Below, in pieces: positions 11,312 to 23,219 of a stretch of DNA of 64,000 nucleotides. A program made the translations under genes and the position numbers. The DNA comes from Escherichia virus TH40: the sequence record MT446411.1. The stretch is one strand, 5' to 3'. Each line of letters opens with the position of its first letter. Position 1 is the first letter of the stretch. Under the pieces are notes generated by a model. It was not told the origin of the DNA, made no database searches, and saw only the letters and a list, made by a program, of their open reading frames with translations.

Positions 11312-11602
11312 TCATTTGCAACGTTCCTCTTTTAGTTCAGAACGATAATAACATAACATACCTTTTTGGTCATGTACATACCTTTTTACATCATTCATCC
11401 AAATCCGGAATTCTTGCGATGCTTCAAAAGGCATACCAACCCAGGCTTGACCCTCAATTACCTTAACTTCCCATTGCTGTTTGTAATCAGCCAATGCAAC
11501 AGGCCAATTGGGATGAACTTGGATTGTGGGCTCCACAACGGGCTTCTGGGCGCATGAAACGAGTCCAATAGCCAAACATACTGCCATGATAGATTTCATC
11601 AT
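11312..11602 (-). CDS. outer-membrane spanin (lipoprotein)
   Basis: Signal peptide with lipobox LVSC; downstream of and overlapping the i-spanin; equivalent position to T4 pseT.2. Confidence 0.7.
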   Translation of the reverse strand: MMKSIMAVCLAIGLVSCAQKPVVEPTIQVHPNWPVALADYKQQWEVKVIEGQAWVGMPFEASQEFRIWMNDVKRYVHDQKGMLCYYRSELKEERCK

Positions 11603-11952
11603 TTGGTGAGCTCCTGGAAGTCCTGGGCAAACTTATCAAAAGACTGATTAATCTGTTTTTCAACTAATTTCGGCTTCGCTGCCACAACCTTAGTACGTTT
11701 TGCATCTGCACGGAGTTTATCATTTTCCTTCTGCAGGAGTTCAACATATTCCTGACGCTCCTGGTCAAGGAGATTAATTTGATTAATCTGGTCTTTTACT
11801 GATTGCAGATTTTTCGCGTTATCTTCTGCAACTTTGGTGACTTCCGCCACCGCCGTCTTGAGATTATCTACTTTTGCTTTTAGATAGAAACCACTACCAG
11901 CAGTTACTACCAGGGCGAGCATAAGCCCTGCAGTGAGATTACTTATTTGCAT
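11599..11952 (-). CDS. inner-membrane spanin
   Basis: N-terminal TM helix then coiled-coil-like periplasmic domain; equivalent position to T4 pseT.3. Confidence 0.7.
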   Translation of the reverse strand: MQISNLTAGLMLALVVTAGSGFYLKAKVDNLKTAVAEVTKVAEDNAKNLQSVKDQINQINLLDQERQEYVELLQKENDKLRADAKRTKVVAAKPKLVEKQINQSFDKFAQDFQELTK

Positions 11953-12446
11953 AACTTGATGATTACCTCAACAATATCATCCTGGGATAAGCCATTCAGG
12001 AGGATGTGATTTGTACTGTCAGATGCTGAAATGCGGAACTGATTACCAACTTCATCCGCCATATCATCCTGGGTTAACACTGGATGTTTAATTCCCAGGC
12101 GGTGTTGAAGTGTCAGGGGTTCAACCACAACATAACAAACACATCCATTGATATGTACATTAGGTTGGGTCTGGTTAATGAACACTTCTGCATCATATTT
12201 AACCAAATGGTTCTTTAAGAATTCAACCATTTCAGGAACAGATTCATGCAGTGCTTCTTTCCGCTCTTCTGATTTTTTATCGCGATATTCTTTTTGTTTC
12301 GCCTTCAACTTTTTGTTAGAGGCGAGTTTTTTCCGCAGGTCAGTCATAAGACCAATTTTCTTGGTCCCTTTATAGACATAAATTCCGTCATGACGGTCAC
12401 CATATTCATTGACAATCATTTCATTTGAAATCAGTTGCATATCCAT
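11943..12446 (-). CDS. alc: Alc-position protein (167 aa from ATG 12444-12446)
   Basis: Position between spanins and rnlA and the 167-aa length match T4 alc; GAGGAAA SD; sequence itself not recognised. Confidence 0.5.
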   Translation of the reverse strand: MDMQLISNEMIVNEYGDRHDGIYVYKGTKKIGLMTDLRKKLASNKKLKAKQKEYRDKKSEERKEALHESVPEMVEFLKNHLVKYDAEVFINQTQPNVHINGCVCYVVVEPLTLQHRLGIKHPVLTQDDMADEVGNQFRISASDSTNHILLNGLSQDDIVEVIIKLCK

Positions 12447-12459
12447 AATATTTTCCTCA

Positions 12460-12693
12460 TTAGTAGCGGTTATAACCCCGGGGACCAAAAGAGTTGGCAC
12501 CCAGGCGCTCATCTTTCTTTTTGGCTCTTGCTCTAAACCCAGAATCACTTGTTTGGGCTTTCAGTTCTTTTAACAATTTGGCCTTCAGGTCAGTAATGAA
12601 ACCAATCCGGCGGTCTCCCTTGTAGACATAGATTCCATCATTTCTGTCACCATATGCCTGTGTAACTCTGTCATTTGTAATTAAGTTTAACAT
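12460..12693 (-). CDS. paralogue of the Alc-position protein N-terminus (77 aa)
   Basis: Shares YGDR(N/H)DGIYVYKG..IG..TDL block with the downstream gene; GAGGA SD. Confidence 0.45.
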   Translation of the reverse strand: MLNLITNDRVTQAYGDRNDGIYVYKGDRRIGFITDLKAKLLKELKAQTSDSGFRARAKKKDERLGANSFGPRGYNRY

Positions 12694-12724
12694 GTTTTGG
12701 TCCTCATCAGTAGTTGATGGAACC

Positions 12725-12753
12725 ATTATGTATAGAAAGGAGGGGCTTGTACA
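12725..12753 (-). promoter_or_regulatory. sigma70-type early promoter (cassette subtype II)
   Basis: Minus strand GTGTACA, 17 bp, CATAAT; leader CCATCAACTACTGATGAGGA. Confidence 0.5.
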
Positions 12754-12764
12754 CCCCTTTTTTA

Positions 12765-13901
12765 TTATTCAGGAAGGATTACTTCCGCCTGGTAGTCCAA
12801 CGGAATGTAAAGTTTATGATTTTTAAGGAAAACTTTATTGATTTGAGCAATCGTTTGTTCAGTTTCCTGTGGGCGTTGATAGGTGTTCATTAATACGGAG
12901 AACAATCCCGGGTATGGTTTACACAACTCTTGACCTTTAATCGCAAACTCGCGTCGGTCTTTTCCTGCTAACTGTTTTTGTGCATCAAGCAACAATCCCA
13001 GTGTATTGGACAGATAATCCAGATGCGTTGCAGTAAAGGCAGTAACTTTTTCACGAGCATAAGTATCGCCAGTAAACATGGCAATAACATCATCTGCCCC
13101 GCCAGCAACAACAACTTCAAACAGTCGCTCATTATTATTAATGGAGTCTTTAGTATGATGCAGAGCACAATACCATTCTGTTTTCATCTTGAACTTCTGC
13201 CCGTTAGCCATCTCATAGACGAAGCCTTCAATCTCTTTCATACCGCGAACATTCTCAATGGTTGCCGGGTCATATGCTTCAACCAGGAAAGGACGAAGCG
13301 CTGCATCTTTGAACAGCTCCTGATAAGGAATATATTCACCAGTTTCATTATGACGAATGTTCAGTAAAATCAGGTCACGTTCCTGGTAAGGCAAAACAAT
13401 GCGGTTGGTCGGTGCAACATATTCCATGTTGCATGTATAACCAGCTTCAGTGATTTCAGTCACACGAGCCCTGAATGCACTGCGATGTTCTTGTTTAAAC
13501 ACCTGCAAGGATTCAGCTGCTTGGGAGCTTTTGATTGACCCCTTTGATTTAAAGGCGATATTAGTCTGGTCCATATAAGTAGAAACCAAGCTACCATCAG
13601 CTTTTGCAGTAACCAGGACAACCTCATCAAGGTTAAGGTCCATGGTCATTGGATTCTCACCCAGATTAAAGAATTTTTCCATAGGGCGAGCAGCAATGCG
13701 AACTGGACCATTGTCATCCATTTCAAACATAATGCCACGGCACTCCAGCGCATCATCAAGGAGCCAATCACTATAGGAAGCATAGTTATAGCTAAAGACG
13801 CGGAACTTAGTTTCAAATGGAGAAACAAAATCCGTATAGAAAAACTTACCTTTATCGGATTCGGCGCAAAGCTTCATTAAGTTATCATATAATTCAATCA
13901 T
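12765..13901 (-). CDS. rnlA: RNA ligase 1
   Basis: 378 aa; FSYNYASYSDWLLDDALECRGIMFE and adenylation site KADGSL match T4 Rnl1 as recalled. Confidence 0.9.
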   Translation of the reverse strand: MIELYDNLMKLCAESDKGKFFYTDFVSPFETKFRVFSYNYASYSDWLLDDALECRGIMFEMDDNGPVRIAARPMEKFFNLGENPMTMDLNLDEVVLVTAKADGSLVSTYMDQTNIAFKSKGSIKSSQAAESLQVFKQEHRSAFRARVTEITEAGYTCNMEYVAPTNRIVLPYQERDLILLNIRHNETGEYIPYQELFKDAALRPFLVEAYDPATIENVRGMKEIEGFVYEMANGQKFKMKTEWYCALHHTKDSINNNERLFEVVVAGGADDVIAMFTGDTYAREKVTAFTATHLDYLSNTLGLLLDAQKQLAGKDRREFAIKGQELCKPYPGLFSVLMNTYQRPQETEQTIAQINKVFLKNHKLYIPLDYQAEVILPE

Positions 13902-14314
13902 TTCTTCACCTTATGTTGGTAATTCCACGGGGGATTAAAAAGCTTTATGAACATCGGCTCTTCCAGTGACATAGTTTCGACTGACATTGTGCCAAGTTCA
14001 TTGGTCATTGACAGATTGAAACACTGTCGAGCATAGAATACCACCTTTTTACCTTCTTGTAAAGCTTCATGTATCATCCGGGATTTGTTTGAATCGCTCG
14101 TCTGGTCGATTCGGTTAATTGCAGTCCGGTAATAGTTGATACGCTTCTTAAGGTTGTTCGTCTTACCAATATACACTAGTTCATCATCAACTGAAATAGC
14201 ATAGATAACATTTTTCTTGTTCGCGAGAGTAAGGGTAGGGATTGTACCATCGACTAACTCCAACTCCGCGTATTTTATAAAACTATATTCGTCAGCGATT
14301 TGTTTCATAGACAA
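13898..14314 (-). CDS. denA: GIY-YIG endonuclease (endonuclease II-like)
   Basis: 138 aa; VIYAISVDDELVYIGKT...KKRINYY GIY-YIG motif; located just upstream of nrdB as in T4. Confidence 0.75.
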   Translation of the reverse strand: MSMKQIADEYSFIKYAELELVDGTIPTLTLANKKNVIYAISVDDELVYIGKTNNLKKRINYYRTAINRIDQTSDSNKSRMIHEALQEGKKVVFYARQCFNLSMTNELGTMSVETMSLEEPMFIKLFNPPWNYQHKVKK

Positions 14315-14334
14315 AAAGGGCCGAAGCCCTTTCC

Positions 14335-15513
14335 TTATAGATATTTACGGAAACCAGCAAGAACGTTCTCATCGACGTCATTGTCAATCTGGGCTACCAG
14401 GTAAGCAGACAACTCAACTTCTTGTGGTGCTGATTGCACATTATCAGAGTTAAGATATTCGCGAATCCATGGAATCGGATGCTTAGTAGATTCTAACACG
14501 ATTTCACACGGGAGCCCACATTGCTTCATACGAGAAACCGTCAGGTAATCGATGAACCGGTTAAGAATCTCGACGCTCAACCCAGGAAGTCCACCATCTT
14601 TAAACAGATGTACGGCCCATTCTTTTTCCTGGCGATTAACTTCCATGAAAATGGCTGCGGCTTCTGCTTCACATTCGTGAGCGATTTTAACCCATTCGTC
14701 ACCGTCAACACCAGTCTGCAGCTGACGAAGAATATATTGGGTCCCCTTAAGGTGGAGCTGTTCATCACGGGCGATGAACTTCATTATCTTCGCATTGCCT
14801 TCCATGATTTCCATGTTCTTATGGAAGTTGAAAGTACAAGCAAAAGATACATAAAAACGAATTGCTTCCAGGGCGTTAATGACATGCAGACAGAGATAAA
14901 GAGACTTCATCAATGCTCGTTTGGCAATAGCTTCTTGTTTGATAGCTCGTTCCAAACGCTCATCGGCTTCCGGAGTTTCTTTGGCCAGTTCAACAAAAGC
15001 AATCTGGTTTTGCCATTGACGAGTTTTATTCAGAACATCATCATAGTAATGTCCAATAGATTCTGCGCGCTTCATGATTGCATCATCTAACAGGATTTCG
15101 TCGAATACCTTCGCCGGGTCCGTATAGAGATTTCGCATTATGTGCGTATAAGAACGAGAGTGAATTGTCTCGCTGAATGTCCAAGTCTGAATCCAGGTAT
15201 CAAGACTCGGGTCAGAAACTAATGCGGCTAATGCTGCTGCAGGAGCACGACCCTGGATACTATCCAGAAGCGACTGGTATTTCAGGTTGTTGGTAAAAAT
15301 ATTTTGTTGATGTTCAGGAAGCTTATTAAATTGGGCTCCGTCCATCATCAGGTTTACTTCCTCTGGACGCCAGAAGAATGATAATTGCTTTTCTGTTAAT
15401 TCTTCGAAAACTTTATGACGCTGGATATCATAACGGGCAATCCCCAATCCTGAACCGAAGAACATTGGCTCGGCTAAAACATCCACCGGAGTGGTATTAA
15501 AAACTGTACTCAT
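14335..15513 (-). CDS. nrdB: ribonucleotide reductase beta subunit, uninterrupted
   Basis: 392-aa continuous ORF with class I RNR small-subunit features; no intron. Confidence 0.95.
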   Translation of the reverse strand: MSTVFNTTPVDVLAEPMFFGSGLGIARYDIQRHKVFEELTEKQLSFFWRPEEVNLMMDGAQFNKLPEHQQNIFTNNLKYQSLLDSIQGRAPAAALAALVSDPSLDTWIQTWTFSETIHSRSYTHIMRNLYTDPAKVFDEILLDDAIMKRAESIGHYYDDVLNKTRQWQNQIAFVELAKETPEADERLERAIKQEAIAKRALMKSLYLCLHVINALEAIRFYVSFACTFNFHKNMEIMEGNAKIMKFIARDEQLHLKGTQYILRQLQTGVDGDEWVKIAHECEAEAAAIFMEVNRQEKEWAVHLFKDGGLPGLSVEILNRFIDYLTVSRMKQCGLPCEIVLESTKHPIPWIREYLNSDNVQSAPQEVELSAYLVAQIDNDVDENVLAGFRKYL

Positions 15514-15551
15514 TTTATTTCCTCAATAGCTCATCCATGAGCATAATTATA

Positions 15552-17807
15552 TCAAAGTTTACAGGCAGAGCAGTCTTCTGCTTTAGGAGCTTCGATTTCG
15601 TAATCGTCTGTACCAGAACCATCTCTAGTGTTATGATAATAAAGGTTTTTACCACCAAAATACCAGAAGTACATCAAGTCGTCAAGCATAACTGACATCG
15701 GAACTTTTCCTTTCGGATAATTCTGCGGGTCGTAATACGTATTTGCCGATGCTGACTGACAAATCCATTTCAACATAATCGCGACTTGAGTCAGATAAGG
15801 TTTGTTACCTTGCTTAGCCAGTACCCATGCGTAATCATACAATCCTTTATTGTGCTCGATATTTGGAACAACTTGATTAAAGGAACCTTCTTTACTTTCC
15901 TTGATACTTACTGGACCACGTGGAGGTTCGATACCGTTGGTACTATTTGAAACTTGGGAAGATGACTCACACGGCATAAGTGCTGATAATGTGCTATTAC
16001 GGATGCCATGTGCAACCAGGTCTTCCCGCAGCTGCGCCCAGTCACAAACGTAGTTTGGAGCTGCGATTTGGTCAATCTTTTTATTGTACCAGTCGATAGG
16101 TAATTCGCCTCGAGCCCAACGAGTGTCTGAATAATATTCGCAAGGTCCTTTTTCTTTGGCGAGCTTAATTGATGCACGGATAAGGCCATATTGTAATCTC
16201 TCAAACAGTTCATGCGTTAAATCGTTTGCATCGACATAGGAAGCGAAATTGCTTGCCAACCATGCAGCATAGTTAGTAACCCCGACACCCAAGTTGCGGC
16301 GTTTTTTGGCTTTCAGAGCTTCTTTAACCGGATAACCCTGGTAGTCCAACAGGTTATCAAGAGCACGAACTTGAACTTCGGCTAGCTCGTTAATCTTATC
16401 TTGGTCCTGCCAGTCAAAACTATCCAGAACAAATGCAGAGAGGGTACACAATCCGATTTCAGCGTCTTCGCTGTTTACATCAGTGGTCGGGATTGCAATT
16501 TCACAGCAAAGGTTTGATTGACGAATTGGAGCCTTATCACGGATGAACGGAGTGTAGTCATTCACATTATCGACGAACTGCGGATAAACCCTGGCTGTCC
16601 CGGAACGTTCGGTCATGAATAATTCGAACAGGTCTTTTGCTTTGATGCGCTTCTTACGAACCGTCGGGTCTTTTTCCAAGGCTTCATATAACTCACGGAA
16701 TTTATCCGGGTTATCAAAATATGAATAATATAATTCACCGCCAGCTTCGTGCGGACTAAACAATGTGATGTAATCATTCTTAGCCAGTCGTTCCATCATC
16801 AGGTTATTCAGCTGGACACCATAGTCCATATGTCTGATGCGGTTTTCTTCAACGCCCTTGTTGTTCTTCAGAACGAGTAAATTTTCAACTTCCAAATGCC
16901 AAATAGGATAATAAGCAGTAGCAGCGCCGCCACGGATTCCACCTTGTGAACATGATTTAACAGCCGTTTGGAAATGTTTCCAGAACGGAATAACACCAGT
17001 ATGCTTGACTTCACCCATACCGATTTTCGAACCTTCAGCACGAATCATGCCAACGTTGATACCAATACCTGCACGCTTGCTGATATATTCGATGATTGAA
17101 TTAGCAGTCTTATTAATTGACTTCAGGGAGTCCGCAGCTTCGATAACCACACACGAACTGAACTGTCGGGTAGGTGTTCTGGCGCCCGCCATGATAGGTG
17201 TGGGCAACGAAATCTGCTGCGTAGATACTGCATCATAAAAACGGCAAATGTGCTTCAGACGGTCCGTTGGTTCATCCTGGTGCAGTGCCATGCCGATGGC
17301 CATGATAGCGAACTGTGGAGTCTCATAGATTTTCCCAGTGGTTTTATCTTTAACCAGGTATTTCTCTTTAAGCTGCATCGCGCCTGCATAAGTCAGGTCA
17401 AAATCGCGTTCGTGCTTAATACGAGATTCCAGGTAAGTAATCTCTTCAGCTGAGTAGCTTGACAACAGCTCTGGGTCATATTTACCTTCATTAACACAAT
17501 AAGAAATCTGGTCAATAAAAGAACGTGGCTCAAACTGGCCATAAACATCTTTACGCAGAGCAAACATCGTAGCTTTGGCTGCAACATATTGATAATCCGG
17601 TTCTTCGACCGAGATAAGCCCAGCAGACACTTTGATGATAACCGTCTGAATATCGCGAGTAGTCATGCCATCGCGCAGATGTGGTTTGATTGTTTCGTAT
17701 AATTCATATGGGTCGATATTAGTTCCTTCACATGACCAGGAAAGAACTTTAATAATTTTCTGGCCATCAAAATCTTGGGATACACCACTACTTTTTTGTA
17801 CTTGCAT
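15552..17807 (-). CDS. nrdA: ribonucleotide reductase alpha subunit
   Basis: 751-aa ORF with class Ia large-subunit motifs. Confidence 0.95.
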   Translation of the reverse strand: MQVQKSSGVSQDFDGQKIIKVLSWSCEGTNIDPYELYETIKPHLRDGMTTRDIQTVIIKVSAGLISVEEPDYQYVAAKATMFALRKDVYGQFEPRSFIDQISYCVNEGKYDPELLSSYSAEEITYLESRIKHERDFDLTYAGAMQLKEKYLVKDKTTGKIYETPQFAIMAIGMALHQDEPTDRLKHICRFYDAVSTQQISLPTPIMAGARTPTRQFSSCVVIEAADSLKSINKTANSIIEYISKRAGIGINVGMIRAEGSKIGMGEVKHTGVIPFWKHFQTAVKSCSQGGIRGGAATAYYPIWHLEVENLLVLKNNKGVEENRIRHMDYGVQLNNLMMERLAKNDYITLFSPHEAGGELYYSYFDNPDKFRELYEALEKDPTVRKKRIKAKDLFELFMTERSGTARVYPQFVDNVNDYTPFIRDKAPIRQSNLCCEIAIPTTDVNSEDAEIGLCTLSAFVLDSFDWQDQDKINELAEVQVRALDNLLDYQGYPVKEALKAKKRRNLGVGVTNYAAWLASNFASYVDANDLTHELFERLQYGLIRASIKLAKEKGPCEYYSDTRWARGELPIDWYNKKIDQIAAPNYVCDWAQLREDLVAHGIRNSTLSALMPCESSSQVSNSTNGIEPPRGPVSIKESKEGSFNQVVPNIEHNKGLYDYAWVLAKQGNKPYLTQVAIMLKWICQSASANTYYDPQNYPKGKVPMSVMLDDLMYFWYFGGKNLYYHNTRDGSGTDDYEIEAPKAEDCSACKL

Positions 17808-17840
17808 GTTTTCCTCTATAGTTCAAAAGGGTTGGGAACC

Positions 17841-18086
17841 TTAAATTGTCTCTGGTAGTTCCGAAGTCATTTCATCATTATATTCTTCTTCTGACTGGAC
17901 AGTGATGTCAAAATATGACTGGACGTCACCGGCTGAATCATGACAGTAGACACGTTCATGTCGTTTGGCCAGAAATTTGATTCCGTCAATAGTGATATAA
18001 GAATTTGGTGCAGGTAAATCCTGTTCGGTAAATTGTGGCATTTCAAAAATGACTTCGCCTGACTGGCGTTTAAATCGTAAATTCAT
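17841..18086 (-). CDS. hypothetical protein
   Basis: 81-aa ORF between td and nrdA. Confidence 0.45.
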   Translation of the reverse strand: MNLRFKRQSGEVIFEMPQFTEQDLPAPNSYITIDGIKFLAKRHERVYCHDSAGDVQSYFDITVQSEEEYNDEMTSELPETI

Positions 18087-18145
18087 AATTTCCTCTCATT
18101 AAATTTTAAATAATTATATCACAGTGCCCTGAAGCGGAATCGTAT

Positions 18146-18445
18146 TTATGTACCCAAATCCTCGAGCGAAAAGGTATCTTTGAAAAGTTTATTAACGACC
18201 AGGGCGATAACATCACCATGACATGTTTTCGGTTTGCATGTACACGCTAATCGCATTCCGCGGAGGGTTTCAAGGTGTTCTCTTTTGATTTCACCCGATT
18301 TAATCTTTGTTATGAAATATTCTTTAAAGTTCTTTATGTTTTCTTCTCGGGTACCATCTTTATATGGGTTTCCCCACATGGTACCCCGTTGAATATTCAC
18401 ATCAAAGTCGGATTGATATTTGTTAACAACCCGACAGGCTTTCAT
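18146..18445 (-). CDS. hypothetical protein with Cys/His cluster
   Basis: 99 aa; LACTCKPKTCHGDVI motif. Confidence 0.5.
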   Translation of the reverse strand: MKACRVVNKYQSDFDVNIQRGTMWGNPYKDGTREENIKNFKEYFITKIKSGEIKREHLETLRGMRLACTCKPKTCHGDVIALVVNKLFKDTFSLEDLGT

Positions 18446-18506
18446 AGTAGGAAGTTAAGCCCGACCATTATGGCCAGAAATAAAATACCGGCAATTTGAA
18501 TTTTCA

Positions 18507-18703
18507 TTATACCTCGACAATAAACCAGATAGCCCGATTGAAATCATCGTATTCATACGATTTAATCACACGCATAACATAAAGTTCTTTACCCTGAACA
18601 AAAATAGTTGTTTTCTCTTTAGGCAGTTCATCGAGACTTATATTCATTTTTTCAAACAGCACCTCATTGGTGCCATATCTATTGTTTACTATACGAATAT
18701 TCA

Positions 18704-18704
<1 letters not shown>
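18507..18704 (-). CDS. hypothetical protein
   Basis: 65-aa ORF abutting td stop. Confidence 0.35.
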
Positions 18705-20480
<1,776 letters not shown>

Positions 20481-20490
20481 TATATTTTCC

Positions 20491-20730
20491 TCACGCTTTC
20501 TTAGCGATTTTCCAGTCAGCTTTAAATTGGTCAACGTCAGAGTGATGAATCCAGAAACCAGATGAGCTGCCATCTTCATAAAGAGGACAACCATCGCACT
20601 CATCTTTCCAACCCATCGTGCATAAAGTTTCTTCAGCTTTTTCCAGAGCTTCTGGATTGTTACCCTGGATTGTGAAGTACCATTTGCCTTTAACTTCTGA
20701 ATCTTTGATGCTCTCACGTTTTAATTTCAT
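20491..20730 (-). CDS. hypothetical protein
   Basis: 79-aa ORF; early promoter upstream. Confidence 0.5.
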   Translation of the reverse strand: MKLKRESIKDSEVKGKWYFTIQGNNPEALEKAEETLCTMGWKDECDGCPLYEDGSSSGFWIHHSDVDQFKADWKIAKKA

Positions 20731-20771
20731 TTTATTCTCCAGTGTTTTAGTTGTTAACTCAGTATGGGACC

Positions 20772-20800
20772 ATTATGTCATAGCCCCATTTGGTTGTACA
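20772..20800 (-). promoter_or_regulatory. sigma70-type early promoter (cassette subtype I)
   Basis: Minus strand TGTACA, 17 bp, CATAAT; conserved subtype I leader. Confidence 0.5.
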
Positions 20801-20807
20801 TTACTTT

Positions 20808-21074
20808 TTAAATTTTATCAAGCCATTTGCCAAGTTTAATCATTTCCTTGTTGGCTTTTTCCATACTTCTGAACTTAACTAATAAAGGATATGTATCTAC
20901 ACCCATAACAAGATTGGTTGCAAGACTGTGCTCACCCACAAGCCATAATGAGTGGGTTTGAACATCCAGACCATAATTTCTGTCTTTATGCAAACGCACA
21001 CCCATCACTTCAAATTGTTCACTGGCTTTTTCCACTGCATCCAGGAAATCATCTTTAGTCATGTTAAATTCCAA
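20808..21074 (-). CDS. hypothetical protein
   Basis: 88-aa ORF in array. Confidence 0.45.
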   Translation of the reverse strand: MEFNMTKDDFLDAVEKASEQFEVMGVRLHKDRNYGLDVQTHSLWLVGEHSLATNLVMGVDTYPLLVKFRSMEKANKEMIKLGKWLDKI

Positions 21075-21426
21075 AAGTTGCTTTAATCAAGGCAATAACT
21101 TCCGACGCATTTTTATGATTTACCTGCACATGAATGGTTTGGGTATCAACAGGTGCATCACCATCAACTTCCATGAAATGTTGGAATTCCCATTCACCAA
21201 GTTCAAAGTACTCATCAGAATCACCCATACTATTCAGAATGGTGCCATCTTTCATTTCAACTTTTTCAACAAAATAATCACCTTCAATATAACACATATC
21301 CAGGACTTTGAAGGAATTGCCATGTTGTTCCATCAACTTGACCATGCACGAATTGTCATCAGGACTACCAGCGATGAATTGTTTTTTGGCAGCAGGGTCT
21401 AATACGTAAAATTTACCAGTTTCCAT
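21064..21426 (-). CDS. hypothetical protein (start at ATG 21424-21426)
   Basis: GAGGAAATTAAA SD; paralogous to 21775..22137 (METGKFY/MEIGKKY N-termini, DEYFEL/DDYFEL blocks). Confidence 0.45.
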   Translation of the reverse strand: METGKFYVLDPAAKKQFIAGSPDDNSCMVKLMEQHGNSFKVLDMCYIEGDYFVEKVEMKDGTILNSMGDSDEYFELGEWEFQHFMEVDGDAPVDTQTIHVQVNHKNASEVIALIKATFGI

Positions 21427-21485
21427 TTTAATTTCCTCATTTTGGTTGAGGGAACATATTAGCATGTTCCCATTGGTTTGTATAC

Positions 21486-21713
21486 TTAAACTTCAATCAA
21501 ATTCATATAAAATTTAGTGTCTTCAGGGTACATACCATCACAATATTCATTTTGCATAAAGCGGGTAATGTCTTCAAGAGGACCTTGGACTTCAATTTGA
21601 ATACCAAAGACTTCAGTATCTTTAATGTAAGTCATACACAAAGAAGGATACCGATTACGAATAACTTCGTAAGTGTATTCAAAATCAACGATATCAATAT
21701 TAACCTTAGCCAT
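21486..21713 (-). CDS. hypothetical protein
   Basis: 75-aa ORF in array. Confidence 0.4.
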   Translation of the reverse strand: MAKVNIDIVDFEYTYEVIRNRYPSLCMTYIKDTEVFGIQIEVQGPLEDITRFMQNEYCDGMYPEDTKFYMNLIEV

Positions 21714-21774
21714 TTTATTTTCCTCATGTAGTTGATAGGTCTATAGTATATCAATCATAGACCTTTGTAAACTG

Positions 21775-22137
21775 CTATTTGAACGCTTTTTGTAGAAGTT
21801 CAATGATTTGGTCGACGTTATTAGCATCCACAACACAATTAATAGAGACCGCCCCTGAAGGTGTTTTTGCATAACTGGAGTATTCGCGGAAGCAATAAAA
21901 CTCTTCTTCACTAAGTTCAAAATAATCATCACCCATACCATCATCATTATAGATTGCACCGTTAGCGCAAATGATTTCGGTCACATAATCATAGCCGTCT
22001 GCACTTGATATTGATTTAACTTCAAACCAACCACCATTTTCTTGGATGATGTCGACCATACTAGCATTCGATGAACTAATATCAATGAAAGATTTAATAC
22101 GATGTGGATTGAACTCATATTTTTTGCCGATTTCCAT
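21775..22137 (-). CDS. hypothetical protein
   Basis: 120-aa ORF; promoter upstream. Confidence 0.45.
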   Translation of the reverse strand: MEIGKKYEFNPHRIKSFIDISSSNASMVDIIQENGGWFEVKSISSADGYDYVTEIICANGAIYNDDGMGDDYFELSEEEFYCFREYSSYAKTPSGAVSINCVVDANNVDQIIELLQKAFK

Positions 22138-22175
22138 TTTTATTTCCTCAGTTGTTATCAGTAGTTGATGGAATC

Positions 22176-22204
22176 ATTATGCCTTAGCTCAAAGGACTTG
22201 TACA
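22176..22204 (-). promoter_or_regulatory. sigma70-type early promoter (cassette subtype II)
   Basis: Minus strand GTGTACA, 17 bp, CATAAT; leader CCATCAACTACTGATAACAACTGAGGA. Confidence 0.5.
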
Positions 22205-22213
22205 CTACTTTTT

Positions 22214-22242
22214 GAAAATAAAAAAGGGACCCGAAGGTCCCC
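22214..22242 (-). terminator. rho-independent terminator after gene 32
   Basis: Minus strand GGGACCTTCGGGTCCC followed by TTTTTTATTTT. Confidence 0.6.
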
Positions 22243-22247
22243 TTATA

Positions 22248-23159
22248 TTAAAGGCCAGCCAGAAGGTCGTCAAGACCATCATCAGAAGGCTCTGGAGTGC
22301 TTGGAGCAGTCGCAGTGCGTTCAGACTTAGCAGGTTTGCTGGAAGTGAAATCTTCCATATCTTTATCAAAATCGTCCAGGTCAGCGCCCAGTTTATCAGC
22401 TTGTGCAGCAGCTTTAGAAGCAGCACCGCCGAGAGCAGCCGTACCCATTACTTTAGAGAATTTCTTCTGATTCTCTTCAAGGGATTTAAACACCAGCAAT
22501 TCATTCAGGTCAGACATTTCGTCCCAAAGTTTTTTCTGGAACGCTTCATCATTGATGCCAACGATTTCAGACTGGTTCATGAATTTGGAATCATCGTAGT
22601 TTTTATAACCGGAAACCAGTTTAGATTTCAGTACAAAGTTTGCACCTTCAAAAGGACAAGTTACATCAATAGCTGTTTCGCCCATGTCAACATCGACTTC
22701 AACCATCTGGTTAATTTTGTCCATGATTTTCTTGCCGAAGCGATATTTGAATACTTGGCCTTCGTTAGACGGAACAGCAGGGTCTTTAATGACCAGGATG
22801 TTAGCCCAGTAAGAAGTATTACGCTTCAGTTTACGATATTCGGATTCGTTTGTGTTGTACAGGTCATTCTTATTCATGTACGCACACACAGGGCAGTTTT
22901 CATAATCGCCGTGAGTGGAAGTACAGTTTTCAATATACCATTGACCAGCATTTTTAAAGCCGTGGTTAACGAGCTTGATGAACGGAGATGGATTTTCTTC
23001 ATTCTTGGAAGGCAGGAAACGAATAACCGCAGAACCGACGCCATCAGTATCTTTCAGTTTCCATTCTTTTTTATCGTCAGAAGAGAAACCAGAACCACCT
23101 TTCAGAGCGTTAAGGGAAGCAGCCAGGTCAGCAGGGTTTTTACGTTTAAACATAGACAT
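22248..23159 (-). CDS. 32: single-stranded DNA-binding protein
   Basis: 303 aa; [25 protein letters not shown]...[11 protein letters not shown] matches T4 gp32 as recalled. Confidence 0.95.
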   Translation of the reverse strand: MSMFKRKNPADLAASLNALKGGSGFSSDDKKEWKLKDTDGVGSAVIRFLPSKNEENPSPFIKLVNHGFKNAGQWYIENCTSTHGDYENCPVCAYMNKNDLYNTNESEYRKLKRNTSYWANILVIKDPAVPSNEGQVFKYRFGKKIMDKINQMVEVDVDMGETAIDVTCPFEGANFVLKSKLVSGYKNYDDSKFMNQSEIVGINDEAFQKKLWDEMSDLNELLVFKSLEENQKKFSKVMGTAALGGAASKAAAQADKLGADLDDFDKDMEDFTSSKPAKSERTATAPSTPEPSDDGLDDLLAGL

Positions 23160-23219
23160 ATGATTTTCCTTAGATTATTTGATTTTTAGCAGTTGTTTTG
23201 ATTACGTATTAATTATACT

